Sequence record: NC_047880.1
Strand: one strand, 5' to 3'
Length of the DNA: 64,000 nucleotides
Below are positions 53,233 through 59,821 of the stretch, in pieces; position 1 is the first letter of the stretch; each line of letters starts with the position of its first letter. Below the pieces are notes generated by a model that ran no database searches, had not been told where the DNA came from, and saw only the letters and a list, made by a program, of their open reading frames with translations. Position numbers and translations under genes: made by a program.

Positions 53233-53446
53233 GTCCTGACTCCCGGTCGCTGCCCTTCAAAGTAGAGATGCTTGCGAAGGGCTAATATTCGAAACTTCTT
53301 CTCGAATATTTTAGTAAAATGTTTTAAGTTTCCTGTACATCGTATGCTGATTATAGTAATGTACGAGTACAGGGAATTACCTGAATTGAATTTTGTATTT
53401 CATCCCGCGACAATACTCGCACAAAACAAATTGAACGGAGTTTATC
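53233..53446 (+). other. highly structured intergenic/leader region (four hairpins)
   Basis: Inverted repeats at 53252-58/53276-82, 53284-92/53302-10, 53329-38/53367-76 and 53391-96/53421-26. Confidence 0.55.
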
Positions 53447-54010
53447 ATGAGCAACAAAAAAATCATCAGCGGTCTGAACAAAAACCTGAAAGCCATCGCC
53501 AAATCTGAGCAGGCGCTGTCTAAGACCGTCGCGTCTACTTCTAAAGAAATCGAAAACCTGGGCGCACAACGTGCTGGTATCGAAGCGCAGATCGCAGAAC
53601 TGAGCGGCGCCGCTGCTGCACCGGTTAAAGCGGGCAAAGCTGCTAAAGTTGCCAAAGCTGAAAAGCCAGCTAAAGCAACCAAAGCTGACAAGAAAGCCGC
53701 GAAAGCTGAAAAGGCCGCTAAGCCTGCTAAAGCAGATAAGAAAGCTGCTAAAGCTGAGAAAGCCGCCAAGCCTGCTAAAGCAGACAAGAAAGCCGCCAAA
53801 GCTGAAAAGCCTGCTAAAGCAACCAAAGCAGATAAGAAAGCTGCTAAAGCTGAAAAACCTGCCAAGGCCGGTAAAGCTGCTAAAGCAGAAAAGCCGGGCA
53901 AAGCTGATAAAAAAGCTGGCAAGAAAGTGAAAGCTGAAAAGCCTGCTAAAGCCGGTAAGAAAAGCAAGAAAGCTTCCGAGTCCGAAGACTTCGACTTCGA
54001 CATGGAATAA
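53447..54010 (+). CDS. histone H1-like (AlgP/Hc2-type) K/A/P-repeat protein
   Basis: N-terminal coiled coil, then tandem KAEKPAKATKADKKAA / KAEKAAKPAKADKKAA units, then a short acidic C-terminus. Confidence 0.8.
   Translation: MSNKKIISGLNKNLKAIAKSEQALSKTVASTSKEIENLGAQRAGIEAQIAELSGAAAAPVKAGKAAKVAKAEKPAKATKADKKAAKAEKAAKPAKADKKAAKAEKAAKPAKADKKAAKAEKPAKATKADKKAAKAEKPAKAGKAAKAEKPGKADKKAGKKVKAEKPAKAGKKSKKASESEDFDFDME
53636..53960 (+). repeat. ~48-nt (16-aa) imperfect tandem coding repeat
   Basis: AAAGCTGAAAAGCC...AAAGCAGATAAGAAAGCTGCT units repeated about 5-6 times. Confidence 0.85.
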
Positions 54011-54041
54011 AAAGTAATCGCTGAGGCGGTTGCTTAAATTT

Positions 54042-54074
54042 AAGAGGGCAGCGCTGACGGGCGTTTGCCCTCTT
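54042..54074 (+). terminator. terminator-like hairpin
   Basis: AAGAGGGCAG-CGC-TGACGG-GCG-TTTGCCCTCTT; weak U tract. Confidence 0.6.
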
Positions 54075-54110
54075 GTCGTATCTAGCACAATTTTTTTGAA
54101 GGAAGTTCAA

Positions 54111-54608
54111 ATGACATCCGATGAACTTAACAAACATGAAGCAGGCGTTATGTCTCGGCTCGATGCGATTCCAAAGGCATCGGCACCACAAAAGAAACCT
54201 TCTTACTTCGAACTCGTATCACTCCGCATCGAAGCGTCTGGCCGTCTGGCTCGCGCTCTCTTCACTCTGCATTCTGCAAACGTTATCAGCATGAACTTAG
54301 CGCATGACTCGGCCGAGCAGGAAGCTCTGACAGTTGCTGAAAAGCACTGGGCTGATATCTGCAACGGCCTTGTGCCTGTACAAGACGGCACAGGTACAGT
54401 CAAGCTACGCGCTGATCTTCCTGCATGTATCGAAGCGTTTCGCATCGTCGTTATGGAATGCGCTCAACGTGCTGCACTCGATAAAGAATGCAGAGAGAAG
54501 ATGGCTCATGGCGAAGGCTTTAAGCTGCTGACTCAATCCACTCAACTCTCCCTTCCTGTTAAACATACCTGCAATGAGGACTGCGATCATGGCACAGAAG
54601 CTATCTGA
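54111..54608 (+). CDS. hypothetical protein
   Basis: SD in the loop of TTGAA-GGAAG-TTCAA, ATG at 54111. Confidence 0.75.
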   Translation: MTSDELNKHEAGVMSRLDAIPKASAPQKKPSYFELVSLRIEASGRLARALFTLHSANVISMNLAHDSAEQEALTVAEKHWADICNGLVPVQDGTGTVKLRADLPACIEAFRIVVMECAQRAALDKECREKMAHGEGFKLLTQSTQLSLPVKHTCNEDCDHGTEAI

Positions 54609-55353
54609 GCAAATCAACCGTTACTTCAATCTCATGGAATCAATCCGTAAGCAACTGTTTCGTGTTATGCCTATCTCTAACCGTTACTTGTGCATCGTGA
54701 GTTTCAGTACGCAGTATCAAGCGGTCATGAGCGATCTGGTGAGCAAAGAAAGTCTGCTGCCTGTTAAGCTGCTTGATGGTCTGACGGGTTCTGAGCTTGT
54801 TGCTTACGGCACAATCATGCAGGCAATCGAACAGTGGGTTGCTTCTGGTATGCAAGAGGATTTCCCTCTCGACCAGCGTCAGGATGTTTATTCCGAGTAT
54901 CGTCGTCTTACTACAGACGCAGAGCAGGAATCAACTGAACCTCAAGTCGCAGTGGTTCGTGCTGATACTCATACACGCGCGGCTATCTTACGCATGTCAT
55001 TCGCCTCGCTCGTTGAAGCTGCATCCGACCTTGGTATCTGCCACGATGTTCAGACGAAAGATCTCAAACACAAAGATCTGCAAGCTGCCGTTCTTAAACA
55101 CTTAGGCATGGCTCAGCCTGATGCGGAAGAACGTGATGCACAGGATATCGACAATATCAAAACAACGATTCTGTCTGCTACCGATGATGAACTCCGTGTT
55201 ATGTGTGCTGAGGCTCATGTAGTCGCTCGTAAAGAACTGCGCCTTGTCGGTCGTGACGAGATGATCAGCCTGATGTTCATCCACCATGACATTGAAGAAG
55301 AAGACGATGACTGCGGATGTGGCGAACTAAGCTGCATCTGTCACGCTCGCTAA
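54589..55353 (+). CDS. hypothetical protein with two short helical modules and a Cys-rich tail
   Basis: GAGG SD, ATG at 54589; ends DCGCGELSCICHAR. Confidence 0.8.
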   Translation: MAQKLSEQINRYFNLMESIRKQLFRVMPISNRYLCIVSFSTQYQAVMSDLVSKESLLPVKLLDGLTGSELVAYGTIMQAIEQWVASGMQEDFPLDQRQDVYSEYRRLTTDAEQESTEPQVAVVRADTHTRAAILRMSFASLVEAASDLGICHDVQTKDLKHKDLQAAVLKHLGMAQPDAEERDAQDIDNIKTTILSATDDELRVMCAEAHVVARKELRLVGRDEMISLMFIHHDIEEEDDDCGCGELSCICHAR

Positions 55354-55410
55354 GTCTGCATAAACGAGGACGAAACGTGAGTAGCGTTTAGTACCAGTCT
55401 GTGCTATAAT
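55352..55410 (+). promoter_or_regulatory. boxed promoter copy upstream of the topoisomerase genes
   Basis: AAGTCTGCATAAACGAGGACGAAACGT, 23 nt, then TG-C-TATAAT. Confidence 0.8.
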
Positions 55411-55480
55411 GTCATGAGACAAGTAGTGTCTGAATATGCTAATATCGAGTGGTAACGCTACTCACTTGGAGAATACGAAA

Positions 55481-57520
55481 ATGGCCAAAGCGCCTAAAGC
55501 GGTTAAAGTTAAAAAATCATCGGGTGGCGATGGAAGCCAAGAAGGCTTCGTCATTGCAGAAGGCCTTGATGGTATTCGTTTGAATCCCGGAATGTATATG
55601 GGCGAACGTGGTTCTGACATGGCTTATCGCGCAGTCAAGGAACCTACTGATAACGTCTACGATGAATTGATGGCGGGCCGCAACAAAGTTCTTGAGGTTG
55701 TTATCGACTATGACAACGACCTGAACGTTGTAGCGGATATGGCAAAAGGTATTCCGACTGACTTCAAGAAATTGAAAGACGGTTCGAAAGAAACGATCAT
55801 GACCGCAGCATTCAGTCGCGCACATGCTGGTGGCAAGTTCAACGACCAAGCATATAAGACCTCTGCTGGTACTCACGGCGTAGGCGTTGCAGCACTGAAC
55901 GCAATCTCAAGCAAACTCCGCGTATGGTCTATGTACAAAAGTGGTTGTGCATATCAGATGTGGGAATGCGGTGTTGCTAAGTCAGGCAAAGATCCGAAGC
56001 AAGTCAAATCCGTCGATAAAGATGTTATGTCGCTGCTGCGTGAAAAGAAACACAGCAAGTACGGAACGATTGTTGCGTGGACTCTCGACCAGACCGTCGT
56101 ATCTGCTGACGTGCAACGTGGCAAGAAGCTCGCAAAGAACTATCGTCATGCTGAGCCAGACCCTGCACGTATCGGCGAGTGGCTGCGTAACATGTCGCTG
56201 CTCAACCCAGGTTTCGAAGTACGCCTGACGCTTATCAAGAAAGGCAAGCGCAAAGAATTCACGTTCCACAACAAGAAAGACCTCGCACATATCGTTAAGA
56301 CGATGGTCGAAGAACGCGAACTGGAAACAGTCGGCAAGCCGTTCGTATTCAAATCAGATAATATCACTGCTGCACTTGTGTGGACGAATCATCCAGACAC
56401 TGATAACTTCCTGTCTTTCGTTAACACAAGCCCGACAGTCGATGGTGGCTGGCACGTTGTAGGTTTCCGTGATGCGCTGTTTGATGCTATCAAGCCGTAC
56501 ATGAAAGAGCCTAAAGCTGCGAAAGGCAAGAGCAAGAAGAAACTTGCATTCAAGCAAGAAGACTTGCTTATCGGTCTGACTGGTATGTTCGACTGGCGTA
56601 TGCACGGCGCACAGTACACCTCACAGGTTAAAGACAAGTTGGCCTCGCGTATCGAGAAAGATGTTTACGAGTTGATGAAAGACCAGCTTGTGAAATATTT
56701 CAAAGACAACAAGAAAGTTGCAACGACGATTATCAAGCGCGCCGAAGCAATGTCTAAAGGCCGTGATGAACTGTCTGCTGTCGTCAAGTCTATGGCTGAC
56801 ACGAAGAAGAAGCTGAAAGGTAACGCACTGCCTGCTGATCTTATCACTGCTCTCAAGTGTAAGCCGCATGAACGTGAACTGATTATCGTGGAAGGTGATT
56901 CAGCAGGTGGTACAGCGAAACACGCACGTAACCCTGACTATCAGGAAGTAATGCTTGCTGGTGGTAAACCGCTGAACGGTCTGAAAGCAACTCTCGCGGC
57001 CGTGTTGGTTCACAAAGAAGTCCAGTCAATGCTGGTCTCTCTCGGCGCTGACTTGAAATCGTTAGACCCGAAAGCTGAGTTCCCGATACTGAGCACGAAG
57101 AACTTGCGTGTGGGTAACTTGCTTCTCTTAATGGATGCCGACCCAGATGGTTTCCATATCGCAACGTTGTTCATGGGCGTTATCTATCGCTTGCTGCCTG
57201 ACTTGATGAAAGAAGGTCGCGTCTGGATTGTTGATGCACCTCTGTATAACGTGATGCACAAAGGCATTCACTACGGTGGCATGACATTCGATGAATGCCG
57301 TGCAATTGCACCAGCAGCAATCAAAGACAAAGAGATTGTACGTGCAAAAGGCTGGGGTGAAGTTGAGCCTGATGTGCTTGAAGCGATTGCATTCAATCCG
57401 AAGACTCGTCGCTTGATTCGCGTTAACCCATTCGCTAGTGTTGAACAAGAACGCTGGTTCCGTGGTGTTGTCGCAGAAGATGCTGTGCACCGTCGTCGCT
57501 TACTTGGTCTGGAGTCTTAA
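55481..57520 (+). CDS. gyrB: type IIA topoisomerase B subunit (GyrB/ParE-like)
   Basis: GHKL motifs EPTDNVYDE, DMAKGIP, HAGGKF, GTHGVG; TOPRIM motifs EGDSA, DADPDG, KGWGE. Confidence 0.93.
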   Translation: MAKAPKAVKVKKSSGGDGSQEGFVIAEGLDGIRLNPGMYMGERGSDMAYRAVKEPTDNVYDELMAGRNKVLEVVIDYDNDLNVVADMAKGIPTDFKKLKDGSKETIMTAAFSRAHAGGKFNDQAYKTSAGTHGVGVAALNAISSKLRVWSMYKSGCAYQMWECGVAKSGKDPKQVKSVDKDVMSLLREKKHSKYGTIVAWTLDQTVVSADVQRGKKLAKNYRHAEPDPARIGEWLRNMSLLNPGFEVRLTLIKKGKRKEFTFHNKKDLAHIVKTMVEERELETVGKPFVFKSDNITAALVWTNHPDTDNFLSFVNTSPTVDGGWHVVGFRDALFDAIKPYMKEPKAAKGKSKKKLAFKQEDLLIGLTGMFDWRMHGAQYTSQVKDKLASRIEKDVYELMKDQLVKYFKDNKKVATTIIKRAEAMSKGRDELSAVVKSMADTKKKLKGNALPADLITALKCKPHERELIIVEGDSAGGTAKHARNPDYQEVMLAGGKPLNGLKATLAAVLVHKEVQSMLVSLGADLKSLDPKAEFPILSTKNLRVGNLLLLMDADPDGFHIATLFMGVIYRLLPDLMKEGRVWIVDAPLYNVMHKGIHYGGMTFDECRAIAPAAIKDKEIVRAKGWGEVEPDVLEAIAFNPKTRRLIRVNPFASVEQERWFRGVVAEDAVHRRRLLGLES

Positions 57521-57521
57521 T

Positions 57522-57824
57522 ATGCGCGGAACTAACTTTCCTGTAGTACATGGCACCGAGCACTGGGCAATTCCTTTGCTCGACTATCCAGACATTGTAT
57601 CACCTGAGTTGAGTGCGAAGCTCGATGCGTCACTTGCAGAGATTCGTCAGATTGCTGCACGGAGTGGAAAAGAAATGAAACAGAACGAAGCATTCATCGG
57701 TATTCAAAGCACAGCACAGAAGAAAGATGTTGTTGCCGTGCGTGTGCTCAAAGCTCGCAAGCCTGCCACTGACTCAATGTGTGTGATGGCGAAACTTGCA
57801 GCACTACCTAAAGGAGCGCAGTGA
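57522..57824 (+). CDS. hypothetical protein between the topoisomerase subunits
   Basis: GGAG SD, ATG at 57522, GTGA overlap with the A subunit. Confidence 0.7.
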   Translation: MRGTNFPVVHGTEHWAIPLLDYPDIVSPELSAKLDASLAEIRQIAARSGKEMKQNEAFIGIQSTAQKKDVVAVRVLKARKPATDSMCVMAKLAALPKGAQ

Positions 57825-59476
57825 TGGCGATTAAGCCGAAGAAAGTCAAAGTAGTGAAGTCCACTGCTGTCGCTAAAGTAAAGCCTGCGAAGTTGAAAAC
57901 GAAAGTAGTTGCTGTCGATGACCTGCCGAAGAAAAAGAAAAAGAAAAGCAGTGACGTTGCAACTTCGACTGGTGTTATGACCTCGTTGTATCCGATGATT
58001 GGCCAAGACCCGAAGTTGATTCGTGACGAGAACCTCGCGGACTTCACTAAACGCGCTCTGTTCCAGTATGGTTCATACGTTGTTGAAGACCGAGCTATCG
58101 CTGACTATCGTGACGGCCTCAAGCCTGTGCATCGTGCGTTACTCTGGTCGCTGTGTGACTTAGGCTTACGTCCTGGTGGTGCGTTCAAGAAAGCTGCTCG
58201 TACTGTTGGTGATGCCTTAGGTAAGTATCACCCACACGGTGACGCTGCGTGTTACGGTGCGATGGTAACGATTGCAAACACAGTGCCGCCTGCTGTTGCT
58301 GGTCAAGGTAACTGGGGTGACCCTGTAGCACCTGCCGCTGCGATGCGTTACACCGAAGCGAAAATGAGTAAGTTCGCTGGTAGCTTCCTGCTCGACACTG
58401 ACTACCTCGAAGTAACGCCGATGGTGGACAACTTCTCGAACGATATGAAGCTGCCTCTGTATCTGCCTGCTCTGTTGCCGTACATGCTGTTCAACGGTAG
58501 TGTGCCTGCGCCAGCATACGGCGTGAAGTGTGGTAACCCATCGTTCAGCTTTACGTCTGTTGCAAAAGTCGTGTGCGATATGCTGGAAGGCAAAGAGTAC
58601 GATGCGAAGAAGCTCGCTAAGACTCTCAAGATCAACCACGAGTACGGATGTAAAGACGTAAGCTCTGATGCTGATTACTTGAATCTGATGACAACTGGTC
58701 GCGGCAAAGTTACATACGAACCGCTGATGAAGATTGACGAGAAGAACAAGACAGTCACCGTTCAGACCTACGTGCCACTGGGCATGGCTAACACAGCAGG
58801 CATCACGAAGAAGCTGATGAAGATTGCTGAGTGGCAGGGTGTTGTGTCTGCATCGAATGCGAGTTCGAAGAAGAACAAAGACTCTGGTCCATGGGGCGCA
58901 GCGTTCGCAATCAAGTGTCGCGGTAGTGAAGACCAGTTGTATGAGATCGCGACCAAGGTTCAGAAAGAAGTAACAGCCGCTGTGAACTACTCGCTCGGTG
59001 TAACGATTCGTCGTGCTGATGCAGCGAACAAGTTTAAATACCTGTCGTATGTCGAATACTTCAAAGCGTGGATTGCGTATCGCATTAAGCTGGAAGTTGC
59101 GATGCTCAAGAACAAGATGGCCAAAGCAGAGAAAGCCTTGCACTTGCAGCAAGTATATCTCTGGGCAGTAGACAACATGGACAAGCTGCTCAAAGCTCTG
59201 CCTAAAGTGTTAGTCGCTGCTGACCCTGACGTTGCGCTGTCGAAAGCCTGTAAGCTGCCCGTTGAAGACGCGAAGATTATCCTCGATCGTCAAGTTCGTA
59301 AGCTTGCGAAACTTGAACGAGCTGGTCTGTTAGCCAAGATCAAGGAAATCAAATCTGAGATCGCTGAGTATAAAGCAGGCCTGAAAGAGCCTGGAAAATA
59401 TGCCGCTGCTGGTACTGCCGCAAAAGTTAAGGCGTATCTGAAATCGCCTGATGATAAGATGCCAGTCGGTCTGTGA
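57821..59476 (+). CDS. gyrA: type IIA topoisomerase A subunit (GyrA/ParC-like), without a C-terminal pinwheel domain
   Basis: RAIADYRDGLKPVHR, KYHPHGD, AAAMRYTEAK (catalytic Tyr), P..LFNG. Confidence 0.93.
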   Translation: MMAIKPKKVKVVKSTAVAKVKPAKLKTKVVAVDDLPKKKKKKSSDVATSTGVMTSLYPMIGQDPKLIRDENLADFTKRALFQYGSYVVEDRAIADYRDGLKPVHRALLWSLCDLGLRPGGAFKKAARTVGDALGKYHPHGDAACYGAMVTIANTVPPAVAGQGNWGDPVAPAAAMRYTEAKMSKFAGSFLLDTDYLEVTPMVDNFSNDMKLPLYLPALLPYMLFNGSVPAPAYGVKCGNPSFSFTSVAKVVCDMLEGKEYDAKKLAKTLKINHEYGCKDVSSDADYLNLMTTGRGKVTYEPLMKIDEKNKTVTVQTYVPLGMANTAGITKKLMKIAEWQGVVSASNASSKKNKDSGPWGAAFAIKCRGSEDQLYEIATKVQKEVTAAVNYSLGVTIRRADAANKFKYLSYVEYFKAWIAYRIKLEVAMLKNKMAKAEKALHLQQVYLWAVDNMDKLLKALPKVLVAADPDVALSKACKLPVEDAKIILDRQVRKLAKLERAGLLAKIKEIKSEIAEYKAGLKEPGKYAAAGTAAKVKAYLKSPDDKMPVGL

Positions 59477-59491
59477 TTAATCTGTAAATAC

Positions 59492-59551
59492 AAGTCAGCA
59501 TATTCTAGGACAGAATACGGTCTTGTTATTGTGTCACAAAAGTGTTATAAT
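59492..59551 (+). promoter_or_regulatory. boxed promoter, variant copy
   Basis: AAGTCAGCATATTCTAGGACAGAATAC, 24 nt, then TG-T-TATAAT; TTGTTA -35. Confidence 0.75.
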
Positions 59552-59821
59552 AGCAGAGTTAAATAGAACCCTAATGTTGGGAGATAGAGGGGTTCTACTT
59601 CTTCCCATTAATCAGGAGGTGCAATACGGCAAATATCGACCTTGCGTATTACAATGAGTCACACAGTGACCAACCGCCAGTTTCGCTGGAACGCGAACAA
59701 GAGCAATACTATAATCGACCCACGAAATACTAATATGTAGTTGCAGCATTTAGTATTCGAAGTGTCGCTAGGACCTAGGGTATGGTCCTCAACTCTTAAA
59801 GAAGTTTGGAAAAAATCCACA

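Noticed and set aside
53272-53508. 78-aa plus-strand ORF in the spacer before the histone-like gene
   Set aside because: TTG start without SD, overlaps the real gene out of frame, and the region is better explained as structured RNA.
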